A stretch of DNA of 64,000 bases, from the NCBI GenBank assembly GCA_963772725.1, contig CAVYYI010000005.1, forward strand, positions 1 through 64,000. The letters are read 5' to 3'. Source of the stretch: an uncultured Phycisphaerales bacterium. Lineage in GTDB: Bacteria; Planctomycetota; Phycisphaerae; Sedimentisphaerales; Anaerobacaceae. Each line of letters opens with the position of its first letter. Positions within the stretch are counted from its first letter, which is position 1. Below are positions 30,508 through 42,000 of this stretch, piece after piece. The notes under the pieces were generated by a model that was given only the letters and a program-made list of their open reading frames with translations, had not been told where the DNA came from and did not search any database. The translations under genes and the position numbers were made by a program.

Positions 30508-30727
30508 TAGGTTTTTATAATTGTGGCACCGGGTGGTCCGGTGTCCGAAAGAAAAATATCAGCTATGACAGTCCGGTACATTTAGGCTTACGAGAAGTTT
30601 GTTTGAAAACGTATGTATAATGTAGTGGCAGAATAGTTGCTGAGAATTAAAAAAACTTGCCTTTTTGCTGACAGCATTTTTGCCTGTCAGCCTCCCTTCC
30701 AGAAACAAACAGGAGGGTATTTTATAA

Positions 30728-32222
30728 ATGTTAAAGTTGAATGGAAAATTAGCGTCTCATTTATCACTTATTACCGGACTGAACGGCCGGTTCAGAGGGT
30801 TTATCTCGCAGAATTCCGACAACATCGCAAACCGGTTTGGCGATATGGATTTTTCGATTAACAATACGGCTAAAGCCTTGATTTGTTTTGTAATGCTTAT
30901 TACCGGATTTTGTGCGTGGGCGTCATGGGGCGAATTTGAAGAAACCGCACAGATTTTACGGTCAAACAAATGGGGAAGTTTATATATTGCCTTAGGCCAG
31001 TTGATGCTGTTCTCAAACTTGGCCGTATTTATTTGGCGTTTCGTTTTAGTTTTGAAATACCGTCCAGCCAAAGAAGTTACGGATAAGCAACTTCTTTCAT
31101 GCACGGTTATCGTACCGGCTTACAATGAAGGCAGGCAGGTTCTGCATACACTGCGAAGCGTGGCACGAAGTGATTATCCTGCCGACAAGATGCAGATTAT
31201 CGCGATAGATGACGGCAGTGCAGACGACACGTGGTTCTGGATAGAAAAAGCGGCGAGAGAATTTCCGGGCCGGATTGAAAAAATTAAACAGCCAAGAAAT
31301 TTTGGGAAAAGACAGGCGCTTTATGACGGTTTTATGAAAAGCACGGGGGAAATACTGGTAACCATCGACAGCGATTCACTTATCGAATCGCATACGCTTC
31401 GCAAAATGGTAAGTCCGTTTTACCGTAATCATAGGATAGGAGCAGTCGCGGGCAATGTACGTGTTCTCAATAAGCACGAAGGCTTGATACCGCGAATGCT
31501 GGATATATCTTTTGCGTACAGTTTCGAATTTATGCGTTCCAGCCAGAGTATGGTAAATGCCGTATTTTGCACCCCTGCGCCTTGCAGCCTATAGAAAAAA
31601 ACCTTTAATGAAAATCCTGGAAGACTGGATGGCTCAGACATTTTGCGGCAGGCCAGCCAATATCGGCGAGGACAGAGCGCTGACAAACTTTATCCTGCGC
31701 ACAGGTCATCACGTGACGTTCCAGTCGGATGCGATTGTTTATACTAACGTGCCTGTAAAATATAAAGGTCTCTGTAAAATGTTCCTGCGGTGGGCGAGAA
31801 GCAATATTCGCGAACTGCTGGTTATGAACGATTTTATTTTTAGTAACTTTCGTAATACGCCAGCACTTGGCGCACGTATTAATTTTGTTATGAGCTGGCT
31901 GACTAGTGTTATTCCGCAAATTCTTCTTGTCGGTCTTTTGTGGTGTATTCTTTGGCGTCCGGAGGTATTTTTGCCGCAAATTCTCTTAGGCTCGACCATC
32001 GCCGCGTGCGTCCCCGCCATTTTTTATTATATTCGTCACAAAAGCAATAACGCGATACTGGCGTTTGCTTACAGCATATTCTGGGTTACCGCATTATCAT
32101 GGATTGGTTTATATTCTATACTTACCGTGCATAATGACAGGTGGCTGACCAGAGATATTAACACTGCTGAGCCTACCGGCACAACAAATCCGGCAGAATT
32201 AACAACCCGTTCAGTAGCATAG
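30728..32222 (+). CDS. Hyaluronan-synthase-like processive GT2, frameshift near 31575; start may be 30845
   Basis: VIVPAYNE, IDDGS, GKRQAL, TIDSDS, GEDRALTN, FLRWARS, C-terminal TMs. Confidence 0.82.
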
Positions 32223-32244
32223 GTATTAGCTGCCGCAAGCGATT

Positions 32245-33267
32245 TTATTCTTCTGATTCGCTTTGAATATTGTTGAGCTGGAGTCCAAAACGGTCGAGTT
32301 TTTTCTGACCGTCCTCATATTGACCGTAAGCGTTCCGCAGATGTTTGCCGAGTACCTCCCAGTTGCCTGCGAAATCGGCAAATGAAGCGTTCAGTTTTTT
32401 GAGGTTCTGGCGAATTTCAGCGGCCTGTTTTTCAATCTGCAAACCGTGCAGCCCCATAACTACCGTCATCAGATACGTATATAACAAATTCGGTGAAACA
32501 GGTATCACTTTTTTCTCAATCGCATATTGCATAAGGTCTTTATCTTCGCCGATGAATTTGACAATTGTTTCGTAATAGACATTTTCGGCCGGTATATACA
32601 TCAGAGCAAAATCGAGCGTTCCCTCGGCGGGCCTGATATAACTATCCGCGATTTTGTCGATATGAATAATCACATCTTTTAGGAACTGTTTTCTCAGGCG
32701 GCTCTTTTCATCATCACCGCAAGCGGTCATAAGCCGTTCGAACGTCGGGAGCGGAAACTTCGCGTCCACAGGCACAGAGTACTCCGCCAGTTTTATCAGG
32801 GCGTCAACTTTCTGACCGTCTCTGAAAGAGTATTGCAGTTCATAGTTATTATTTGGCAGAATTTGGCTGAGAAGATTTTCGAGGGACCATTCACCCATCT
32901 GACCTCGCAGTTTGGGGCTGCTGAGAATATCCTGCAAGCGCCTTATTTCGCTTCCAACCTGGAGCATTTGCTTATTTGTCCCCTGCAGTTCGCCGACCTG
33001 TGTATTCAACTGGCTTAGAACCCGCTGACTGGACTGCAAATTCTGATTGAGGCTTTCCTGGCCCGTCTGCAAAGATTTCTGCATGGTTTCCCGCAGGGCA
33101 TCCTGAGCGGTTTTAAGAGTGCCAAGCTGCTGAGCGAGCATATTAATGCCCGTCGCCTGCCCGCTGATTTCCTTTCTGGCCTCGAAACTGGCGGTTATAA
33201 GCCACACCATAAGACCAGCGATAACCAGGACTAAAACTGTTATTATGCTAAGAATTATCCATTCCAT
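32245..33267 (-). CDS. rmuC: DNA recombination protein RmuC
   Basis: PKLRGQMGE, VDAKFP, YI.P..GT.DFALMYIPAE, VSPN. Confidence 0.93.
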   Translation of the reverse strand: MEWIILSIITVLVLVIAGLMVWLITASFEARKEISGQATGINMLAQQLGTLKTAQDALRETMQKSLQTGQESLNQNLQSSQRVLSQLNTQVGELQGTNKQMLQVGSEIRRLQDILSSPKLRGQMGEWSLENLLSQILPNNNYELQYSFRDGQKVDALIKLAEYSVPVDAKFPLPTFERLMTACGDDEKSRLRKQFLKDVIIHIDKIADSYIRPAEGTLDFALMYIPAENVYYETIVKFIGEDKDLMQYAIEKKVIPVSPNLLYTYLMTVVMGLHGLQIEKQAAEIRQNLKKLNASFADFAGNWEVLGKHLRNAYGQYEDGQKKLDRFGLQLNNIQSESEE

Positions 33268-33447
33268 TTTTCATATCCTTAAAAAATCGTTTCGATTATA
33301 ACCTTTACTTTCTCCGCCGTCAAAAGGGTTGATAAATCAATATGGGCGAAAATTGCTTAGTTTGACATTTAACCACTTTTGGAGTATATTTATTACAACA
33401 GTACGCAAGACACCTTGCGACGAAGAAAATATCTGCAGGAGTTTTCT

Positions 33448-34665
33448 ATGAAAATATCGACGATGCGACGAATCGACCGTTTGGTTGGCAGGCCGATATG
33501 TTTTATTCTGACCGTCTTCCGCAAGTGCCGTGAAGTGTTTCCGCGAAAACCTCAATCCCCAAAAATCCGAAGCATGCTTTTTGTAAAACTTGCCGAACAG
33601 GGAGCAACAGTTCTGGCAGATACGGCTATTCGTCAGGCGATAAAAATGGTTGGAAAAGAAAATGTATATTTTATGGCATTTGAGCAAAACCGTTTTATCA
33701 TCGACGTGATGAATATTATTCCTGAAAAGAATGTCATACCTATTCCGAACGGTAATTTTATTTCGATGGTTTTCGGTACAATAGGAGCGTTACGGCAGAT
33801 TAGGAGACTGAATATTGACGCGGCAGTTGACTTTGAATTTTTCGCGAGGAGTTCGGCAATTCTGAGTTATTTGAGCGGAGCGAAGACATGTGTGGGACTT
33901 CACGGTTTTGTGGAAGGGTCACCTTATCGCGGCGATTTAATGACGCATAGGCTGAACTATAACCCGCATCTGCACACCAGTGTGATGTTTGAAACAATGG
34001 TTGAAGCGATTAACCTGCCAGCCAAAGACACACCGAGACTCAATATAGACCTGCCGGAACCACGAAATATCGAATCACACTTTAAGCCCGGTGAAGATGA
34101 ATTAAATGAGTTCAAGGCCATTCTCAAAAGACAGGCGGGGACAGATAATTATTCTCCGCTGATACTGCTTAACGCTAACGCTTCGGATATGCTGCCTCTG
34201 CGCCGCTGGCCTGCCAAGCGGTATATTGAGCTTGCGCGGCGATTACTTGAAAAATCTCCCACAGCGCACGTGGCCTTTACCGGCGCTCCCGATGAAGTCA
34301 AACATTCGCAAAAGCTGGTCGAGGAAGTCGGCTCACCGCGGTGTTTTTCGATGACAGGCAAAACAACTCTGCGGCAACTGATGCTCTTGTATAGCCTCGC
34401 CGATGTACTTGTAACCAACGACAGTGGGCCAGCACATTTCGCTACGCTGACGGACATTCAGGTAATAACATTGTTTGGACCTGAAACGCCTAAACTGTTT
34501 GGCGCAATTACTCCCCGCTCACATATCATCTGGAAGAATATACCGTGCAGCCCGTGCGTAAACGCGTATAATAACCGGTTTTCGACCTGCGACAATAATA
34601 TCTGTATGCAGCAAATCAGCGTTGACGAGGTTTTCGATTTGGTCTGCGGACTGTGTAACCTGTAA
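33448..34665 (+). CDS. GT9 (heptosyltransferase-like) glycosyltransferase
   Basis: RRWP, GKTTL.QL, VTNDSGPAHFA, LFGP, CSPC..C..NICM; start after AGGAG. Confidence 0.88.
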   Translation: MKISTMRRIDRLVGRPICFILTVFRKCREVFPRKPQSPKIRSMLFVKLAEQGATVLADTAIRQAIKMVGKENVYFMAFEQNRFIIDVMNIIPEKNVIPIPNGNFISMVFGTIGALRQIRRLNIDAAVDFEFFARSSAILSYLSGAKTCVGLHGFVEGSPYRGDLMTHRLNYNPHLHTSVMFETMVEAINLPAKDTPRLNIDLPEPRNIESHFKPGEDELNEFKAILKRQAGTDNYSPLILLNANASDMLPLRRWPAKRYIELARRLLEKSPTAHVAFTGAPDEVKHSQKLVEEVGSPRCFSMTGKTTLRQLMLLYSLADVLVTNDSGPAHFATLTDIQVITLFGPETPKLFGAITPRSHIIWKNIPCSPCVNAYNNRFSTCDNNICMQQISVDEVFDLVCGLCNL

Positions 34666-34666
34666 T

Positions 34667-36247
34667 ATGGAAAATACCGCACTTAAAGAGCGATTTAAAA
34701 AACCAACGTTGTACGCCATAATCCTGGCCGTTATCGCTGCAGCGTTATACCTACCCACACTTACGGCCGGTTTAGTTTATGATGACACTGCGCAGATACT
34801 AACCAATAATTATATTCATAATCCATCTCACTTCATCGACGTGCTTACTTTGTCTTCGATGAAAAAGGATATACTCGATAATAACAGGCCTGTTATGGTG
34901 CTGTCGCTGATGCTCGACGCGATGCTGTGGGGGCGCAACCCTGTCGGCTATCACCTGACTAATCTGCTGCTTCACGCTCTTAATGCCTTATTGCTTTTTT
35001 GGGTGATTTATAAGATTTTCGTCAGGCTGTTTCCTCAAAACAGCAAAAATATCGGCCCCTTGCCAGCGGCATTTGCCGCGGTATTACTTTTCACGGTACA
35101 TCCAGCCAATAGTGAAGCTGTCTGCGTTGTAACATTCAGAGAAGACCTCCTGGCAACATTCTTTACGCTGCTGGTTCTTATCCTGGCTGAAGTATTTCCG
35201 TCACAGAAAATTTCAACAAATCTGCTGCTGGGAGTTATGATAACATTTTTTATTTTTGCTGCCGCAGCAGCGAAGGAAAACGGAGTTATCGCGCCGCTAT
35301 TTTTGTTTGCGTACTGGCTTATTGTTCGAAGGCACACTCAATGGCGTTCATGGACAATATTAATTACAGCCAGTTTTTTCGCGGTTCTGGTTTTTATGAT
35401 TGCCCGCTTTACGTTTGTTCCTTCCCAGTCAGTGGTTTTTACCGGCAAAGCTTTATACCTTGGCGGCTCATTCTCACAGATGCTGAATATTCAGCCGCTA
35501 ATATGGACTTTTCAACTGCTTGAGCTTATATGGCCTAAACTATTGTGCGCAGACCATACACCTTCTTCTATAAGTTTCATAACTCCATCTGGGGCATTCG
35601 TAACGTTAGCTGGTGTAATTGTAATAGTCGCACTTTTCTGCTGGAAAAATAAAGGCTTTTTCCTCGGAACAATATTTTGTTTTCTGGCGATGCTGCCGAC
35701 ATCAAATCTTGTTCCCATATACAATCCGGTGGCGGATAGATACCTCTATCTTCCGATGATTGGAATTTGTATGGCTTTGGGTGCGATAATCTGCCGGTTG
35801 AAAATACCAACAAAACCGCTTCTTATTTTAACAATAATCGCAGCCGCGGCAGTTTATATATTTTTAAGTTCATTTACGATTCAGCGGGTGCGCGTATGGC
35901 ATAACAGCCTTTCCCTCTGGCAGGATACAATTACGAAGAATCCTACTTCGGCCACTGGTTACGATAATCTCGGCTTTGCCCTTTACGACGCGGGCGAATA
36001 TCGCAAGGCTGTACCAATTTTCAAAAGAGCCTGTGAACTTGGACCTCATAACGCGGACCCATTTGCGGGATTAGCGATTACTTATGACGCATTAGGTCAG
36101 ACCACTTTCGCTGATGAGGTCTTTCGTAAAGCTGTTTCCCTGAATAAGACTTACGCGAATTATGACAGCCTTATGCAAACGCTTCTCTGGGAACCACGTC
36201 AGGCAAAAAAACTCCAGTTAATCGCCGAGCGTGTTTTCAAAAGATAA
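34667..36247 (+). CDS. TMTC-like GT-C membrane protein with C-terminal TPRs
   Basis: VYDD, RP, GYHLTNLLLH, HP.NSEAV, AKENG, ADRYLYLP, W.NSLSLW, TPR tail. Confidence 0.85.
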   Translation: MENTALKERFKKPTLYAIILAVIAAALYLPTLTAGLVYDDTAQILTNNYIHNPSHFIDVLTLSSMKKDILDNNRPVMVLSLMLDAMLWGRNPVGYHLTNLLLHALNALLLFWVIYKIFVRLFPQNSKNIGPLPAAFAAVLLFTVHPANSEAVCVVTFREDLLATFFTLLVLILAEVFPSQKISTNLLLGVMITFFIFAAAAAKENGVIAPLFLFAYWLIVRRHTQWRSWTILITASFFAVLVFMIARFTFVPSQSVVFTGKALYLGGSFSQMLNIQPLIWTFQLLELIWPKLLCADHTPSSISFITPSGAFVTLAGVIVIVALFCWKNKGFFLGTIFCFLAMLPTSNLVPIYNPVADRYLYLPMIGICMALGAIICRLKIPTKPLLILTIIAAAAVYIFLSSFTIQRVRVWHNSLSLWQDTITKNPTSATGYDNLGFALYDAGEYRKAVPIFKRACELGPHNADPFAGLAITYDALGQTTFADEVFRKAVSLNKTYANYDSLMQTLLWEPRQAKKLQLIAERVFKR

Positions 36248-36565
36248 AGTCCGCAAAATTCTTATATATCCAATGGTATAGAATAACTTTCAGCGACAAG
36301 ACCAACAAACTCATAATTCAAACACAGGGTTTTCTAAGTGGTTCTGGGAATCGATATTACATTAGCATTAAAAATGACTTACGAAACTGGCAGAGAATCA
36401 GGCAAGTGCCGACAGAACGCCAGACGAGCAAGTTTTGTGCGCTCGCACTGATTCGCCTATACTGGCAGGACTATTCTAAAGATTTTGAGGTTTTACAACT
36501 ACGACCATACGGTTGTAATGAGGTACTCCAACCTACCTCGGCTAAATCTGGTTTTCTGCAGACCT

Positions 36566-36886
36566 TTACCCAATATTACAAATCTGCGCCATACCTTCTT
36601 TCTGTCCATTGAGTTTTTGTGTCATGAGCCGGCCCATCTTGAACTTGACTATACGCTTGGCCGGAACCTGAACTTTTTCCAGGGTTTTTGGGTTTTGTGC
36701 AATCCTGGCAGATCGGTTCCTGATTTCAAAAACACCAAAGCCACGAAATTCCAAGCGGTTGCCCCTCGAAAGCTCAGCAATAATCCCATTGAGAAACGAC
36801 TGAATTACAGATCTAAGCACCGCGTGCTTAATTTGTGCTCTCTCTGTAATGCAGTCGATTAGCTCTTTTTTCGTAACTGTTGCCAT
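36566..36886 (-). CDS. HU/IHF family DNA-binding protein
   Basis: TKKELI, LEFRGFGVF, NPKT..V.VPAKR.VKFK. Confidence 0.93.
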   Translation of the reverse strand: MATVTKKELIDCITERAQIKHAVLRSVIQSFLNGIIAELSRGNRLEFRGFGVFEIRNRSARIAQNPKTLEKVQVPAKRIVKFKMGRLMTQKLNGQKEGMAQICNIG

Positions 36887-36936
36887 GATAGAACTATCTC
36901 CTACGGTTATATTGTCATATTTTTTATATATGCTCT

Positions 36937-37281
36937 TTATCTTACAGTAAGAACAGAGTTAAATTCACCATAAGGATTAGGTTCGGTCGCATTATTGCGG
37001 GGGTCCTGCTGCCACTGTCCGTCAACAACAAGACGGTAGTGATAAGTACCCGCAGGCAGGAGCATCTTGGTCTTCCATGAGCCGCCCGGGGTGGTTCTTT
37101 TCATGGGTGTTCGTTCAGGCTGCCAGTTGTTAAACTCTCCGGCGACCTGCACGATGCGTGCCGACGGAAACGATGCACAGAAGTTAACGCCGTCCTGCAT
37201 TTGTCTAACGCCATAGAATTCGCCGACTTCCTGCCTGGTCATAATGTCGCTTACGCTTGTTTTAGTTTTTAACACTTTCAT
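36937..37281 (-). CDS. CBM48/AMPK-type glycogen-binding protein
   Basis: VAGEFNNW, G.Y.YRLVVDGQW..DP.N, NPYGEFNS. Confidence 0.85.
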   Translation of the reverse strand: MKVLKTKTSVSDIMTRQEVGEFYGVRQMQDGVNFCASFPSARIVQVAGEFNNWQPERTPMKRTTPGGSWKTKMLLPAGTYHYRLVVDGQWQQDPRNNATEPNPYGEFNSVLTVR

Positions 37282-38573
37282 ATCTAATTCCTTTCTCAAA
37301 AATAAAATTACTGTCACTTTTCCTTGAAATATTTCGTTTTGAACAAATTTGTACAATATTAGTATCGTTAAATTCTTTTTCTTTTTCATGCAGCGCCATT
37401 GTGCAGCGGGAATTCAGGTTGTCCATAATATTCATAAAGTTGATATATGCGTCATAAGGCGAATCGTAAGGGTTGAAGTATTTATGCACGTCGCCGTCAG
37501 AAAACCACTTTGTGCACATATAGTAAAAGTGGTCCGAGGTCTGGAGTTTTCGCCAGTCTCTTATGATGGATTCATTAGCGGTGCTTTTGACTTTTTCCTC
37601 GAGCCTGTAGAGTTCTGTAAGGGCGTTTTGCTGCATAGAGTTGCCCAGCCACGCCGAAAGGTCTCGCTCGATATCTGCCCAGCTTACTGTATATGGAACA
37701 TCGACCGCATCAACCGAATTATAGGCGGCAGAAACCTCGCTGGGGGTTTTGAAATTGTTATCCGGGTGCTTAAGTATTTCTTCGGGAAGGTGCCGCAGAA
37801 AATTAAATATCCCTGTATCTTCCCATTGATGCTCACCAAACGTCTCATAGTCCATAAAAAGATTGACAACATATCCGCAGCCATTAACGTCATTTACCCA
37901 GTTTGCAAATTTATCAGCAGTCAGCGGCCATCTGCTCCATTGATGGTTGGAAAATCTGAACGCAATGTCGTCGCTAAGCTTGTAGTTTTTAAGCAGCAGC
38001 TTCAACCGTTTGCATCCCGGCGGATTATACACAAAATTCGGACTTCTGTAGCCGAGAATATGGTCGGCGCCTTCGGCCAGTATCGAATCAAAACCGCCTA
38101 TTCTCTCGATTAGTTCAGCCAGCCGGTTATTATAGATAAGCTCGGTGTTGCGGAAAACTCTTGGCGTCTGGCCAAAAAGTTTCTTTATAATTTGTTTGTG
38201 GGCGTCAATCTGCTCTATAAATTCATTATGCGAATAAAGAGAGCTTAGACTATGGTAATAAGTCTCGGCGAGAAATTCCACGCAGCCAGTCTTTGCAAGT
38301 TCCTGAAAACTCTTTATCACCTCCGGGGCGTACATCTGGAGCTGTTCGAGCAGAACGCCGGTTATACTGTAGGAAATCCTGAATTTTCCGTTATATTTTT
38401 TTATCAAGATCGAGCATAACTGTGTTGGTCGGCAGGTAACATTTATCCGCAACTTTTCTGCATATCATTGCGTTTTTGCCGTCGTCAAAATAGTTGCTGT
38501 CTTCGTCGAAAACAGTATAGTTCCGCAACCTAAAGGGCTGATGAACCTGAAAATAAAAACATACCGTCACCAT
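37262..38573 (-). CDS. GH57 alpha-amylase/glucanotransferase, frameshift in A-tract near 38395
   Basis: FQVHQP, ETYYHS, FRNTELIY, DYETFGEHQW, QTSDHFYYM. Confidence 0.9.
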
Positions 38574-38598
38574 AAAATTTCCCCTGTTCCCTGATGTT

Positions 38599-39874
38599 TT
38601 ACGAACAGGCCAGCACCTGCCTGTAAATCCTGTTTATTTTCTCCGCCGAATCTTCCCAGTGGATTTTTCCTGATTCAGCGTATCCGTTTTCGCTAAGCGC
38701 CGTTCTTAGCGGATTATATTTCAAAACGGCAATCATTTTATTTGCCATCTGGTTTATGTCCCAGAAGTCAACTTTAAGGGCGTGGCTAAGCACTTCGCTT
38801 ACGCCGCTTTGTTTGCTTATCAGAACCGGCACGTTACGCCGCATAGCCTCAAGCGGGGTAATCCCGAAAGGTTCGGATACCGACGGCATTACGTACAAAT
38901 CGGCCATCTGGTATGCCCTGTCAACCTCTGCACTGTGCAGGAATTTCGTGAATAATACCTTGTGGCCGATGCCGAGATAAGCGGCATATTCGACCATTCG
39001 CCTCATCATATCGCCGTCGCCGGCCATAATAAATTTGACGTTGTTAATTTTCTCAAGCACCTTTTTAGCGGCGGCAAGAAAATACTCCGGACCCTTCTGC
39101 ATTGTGATTCGTCCCAGGAACAGAACAACTTTGTCGAGCTTGTTACCGTTTGACGTAGGCTGATGAACGTCTGCCGTTATATTCAACGCCATTATGGACA
39201 ACCTCAACCTTTTCTGCCGGTACGCCATAACGGCTGCTTATGATATTTTTTGTGTAGTTGCTCACGGCAATTATTTTGTCGGCCAGATGCATTCCCCGCC
39301 GCTCAATATCATATACCGTCTGATTCACGTTCTCTCCGCTACGGTCAAATTCCGTTGAGTGAACATGGACAACCAAGGGCTTTTTACTCAACTGTGCCGC
39401 CGCTATTCCCGCCGGATACGTCATCCAGTCGTGAGCGTGTATAATATCGAAATCCTCGATAGAGGCAATCTCTGCCACCTTTTGTGCGTAAAGATTAACC
39501 TCTTCGTGTATGTTGCGGCCGTAGTTCGCAGTCTGTTCCGAAGAACTAAACTGCCAGGTAGTGGTAGAACCTGTTTGTTTCCCAGACTGGCAGCCGCGAC
39601 TTGTGCCGCAGGAGTCATAAGGTTTCAGCGGCGAAGAAATTGTCTGGAAACGAATATTTTTAAATTCGCTGAATTCTTTTGTCTGAAGATGTCCTTCGGC
39701 GCTGAGCATTTTTACCGGGCTATCCTGACAGGCCTCACCTGCCCGGGGAAGAACAAAAGTAATCTCCAGACCCAGTTTGCTCATTGCTTTTGTAAGGCCA
39801 TAACAAGCCGTACCTAATCCGCCGCTGATAAAAGGCGGGAATTCCCAACCCAACATGAATGTTTTTACTTTCAT
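38599..39874 (-). CDS. GT4 glycosyltransferase (alpha-glucan synthesis), frameshift near 39170
   Basis: MLGWEFPP..SGGLG, IHAHDW, HSTEFDR, GRIT.QKG, PSVSEPFGI..LEAM. Confidence 0.88.
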
Positions 39875-40323
39875 AAATAAACTTTCCTCCAAATTGCTGG
39901 ACGATCTCTTAATTTTTTTGAGAATTTCTTCAGCAAGATGGAACAATTTATTGGAGGGGAAAGGTTGGAAAGGAAAGAATGCTCTCTAGCCCGTCTCTTC
40001 GAAAAACTATAAACTATAATATGATTATCCACGCTTTGGATGTAATGTCAAGGGGAAAATAAAATATTTTGGATTATTTTTTACATTTATTTGGTTTTTC
40101 TTGCAACTCTGTTTAATTAGGACAGATTACCCACATTACCAGAGTTTAGCTTATTCTGAAAGTATTCTTAATATGACAGAATTTAGCTCTTGCGTCATTT
40201 ACAACTGCACCACAACCGAAAGGCTTGTTATTTACCAATTTTATAAAAAAACCCACAACATAACCGATGTTACATCAGTAAGTTATAAAAAATTGGTAAA
40301 CATTTTATCAATCTGTTTTACTG

Positions 40324-40974
40324 TTAGCGATTATGGTTTCCCCGTACCTGCGCCAGCCGTTCAGAGGCGAACTGCCAGTTAGCAAGCTTCATAAACGCAT
40401 CCACCCAGTCGCCACGGCGGTTCTGATACTTAAGATAATATGCATGCTCCCAAACGTCACAGACCAGCAGCGGCTGCACGCCCCAAATAGACAAATCCTG
40501 ATGCTTCTCAGCCTGCAGAATCAGAAGCTTGTCGGACAGCGGCTCATAAGCGAGAATACCCCACCCGCTTGCTTCAACATCTTTTGACGCGGCGGCAAAC
40601 TGCGACCTGCACGCATCGGCCGAACCAAAACTTTCCTTGATTGCCTTTTCAAGGTCGTTGCTGATTTCACTGCCGCCGGGATGCATCGAATGCCAGAACA
40701 GGGTATGCAGGATATGTCCGCTGCCGTGGAACGCCACAGCCTTTGACAGTGCCTTGATATCAGCGAAATTTTTTGTTTGCCTTGCCGCCTGAAGTTTGTC
40801 CAGAGCGGCATTAAGACCGCTGACATAGGCGGCGTGATGCTTGTCATGGTGCAGCCGAACTGTCTGCTCGTCATAAAGCGGCTCGAGGGCATTGTACGCG
40901 TAAGGCAATTCCGGCAGAACATATTTGCCCTCTTTGCACGCGCCGTAGTTTTGAATAGCTATTGCAGTTTGCAT
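40324..40974 (-). CDS. Fe/Mn superoxide dismutase
   Basis: LPELPYAYNALEP, HHDKHH, HTLFW, DVWEHAYY. Confidence 0.95.
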   Translation of the reverse strand: MQTAIAIQNYGACKEGKYVLPELPYAYNALEPLYDEQTVRLHHDKHHAAYVSGLNAALDKLQAARQTKNFADIKALSKAVAFHGSGHILHTLFWHSMHPGGSEISNDLEKAIKESFGSADACRSQFAAASKDVEASGWGILAYEPLSDKLLILQAEKHQDLSIWGVQPLLVCDVWEHAYYLKYQNRRGDWVDAFMKLANWQFASERLAQVRGNHNR

Positions 40975-41019
40975 TGTATTACCCTTTCAAAATCCAATAA
41001 AATATTTTTTCAATGTGGT

Positions 41020-42000
41020 TTATTTCTCTATAAGCAGGACAATCTTTCCTCGCACATGGCCCGCCTCAATGAGCTGGTGCGCACGACGCGCTTCCGAGAG
41101 CGGCAGAACAATTTCAACTACAGGCCTGATTTTTCCCTCATCAACAAGTTTGGCAAGCTCATGCAGCTGGGCGGGGTTGGCCTGACCCCTGACATACGCC
41201 CGACGCATACCGTATTCAACCGCATCCTCAACAGCAGGCGAACTGACGATTGAAACTAAAATCCCATTTTTCCTGAGCACCTTCCATGACCTTTTCTGGG
41301 TGTCTCCACCCACCGTGTCCAATACAACATCAACGTCACTAACGACATCTTCGAATCGCGTCGCCTGGTAATCAATTACTTCATCAGCTCCCAGCGCCAG
41401 CACAAAGTCTTTATTGAGGTTGGAGGCCGTACCTATCACATAAGCATGGTTCCATTTTGCTAACTGTACCGCAAAACTCCCGACACCACCAGCAGCAGCG
41501 TGAATCAGCACTTTCTGACCTGCGCTGAGAGCGGCAATATCGAACAAGGACTGCCACGCCGTCAATCCTGCAATAGGAATCGCGGCGGCATGAATATGGT
41601 TTATGCTCTTTGGCTTAAACGCTATTTCTGACTCCCGCACGACAAGATACTCTGCGTAGGTCCCGTTTCTTGTAATGTCGGCACGCCCATAAACCTTATC
41701 GCCAATTTTAAATCTCGAATCCATATACCCATCGGCATGGACAACGCCAGAAAAATCCCATCCCAGAATCAGAGGCAACTTATAGTTAACCATATTCTTA
41801 AAATACCCCTGCCTGACCTTCCAGTCAATGGGGTTAACTCCTGCGGCACAAACTCGCACAAGAATTTCGCCTTTGCCCGGCCTGGGACGGTGAACATCGT
41901 CATAGCTTAGCACCTCCGGCCCACCGTATGTGTGTATCTGCACCGCTTTCATTGTAACACCGTTAAGAATCTTTTCCTTAATCAATTCAAGAGTATTCAT
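41020..42000 (-). CDS. NADP-dependent quinone oxidoreductase-like protein (MDR family)
   Basis: AAGVNPIDWK, GLTAWQSL, HAAAGGVG, GKIV. Confidence 0.9.
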   Translation of the reverse strand: MNTLELIKEKILNGVTMKAVQIHTYGGPEVLSYDDVHRPRPGKGEILVRVCAAGVNPIDWKVRQGYFKNMVNYKLPLILGWDFSGVVHADGYMDSRFKIGDKVYGRADITRNGTYAEYLVVRESEIAFKPKSINHIHAAAIPIAGLTAWQSLFDIAALSAGQKVLIHAAAGGVGSFAVQLAKWNHAYVIGTASNLNKDFVLALGADEVIDYQATRFEDVVSDVDVVLDTVGGDTQKRSWKVLRKNGILVSIVSSPAVEDAVEYGMRRAYVRGQANPAQLHELAKLVDEGKIRPVVEIVLPLSEARRAHQLIEAGHVRGKIVLLIEK

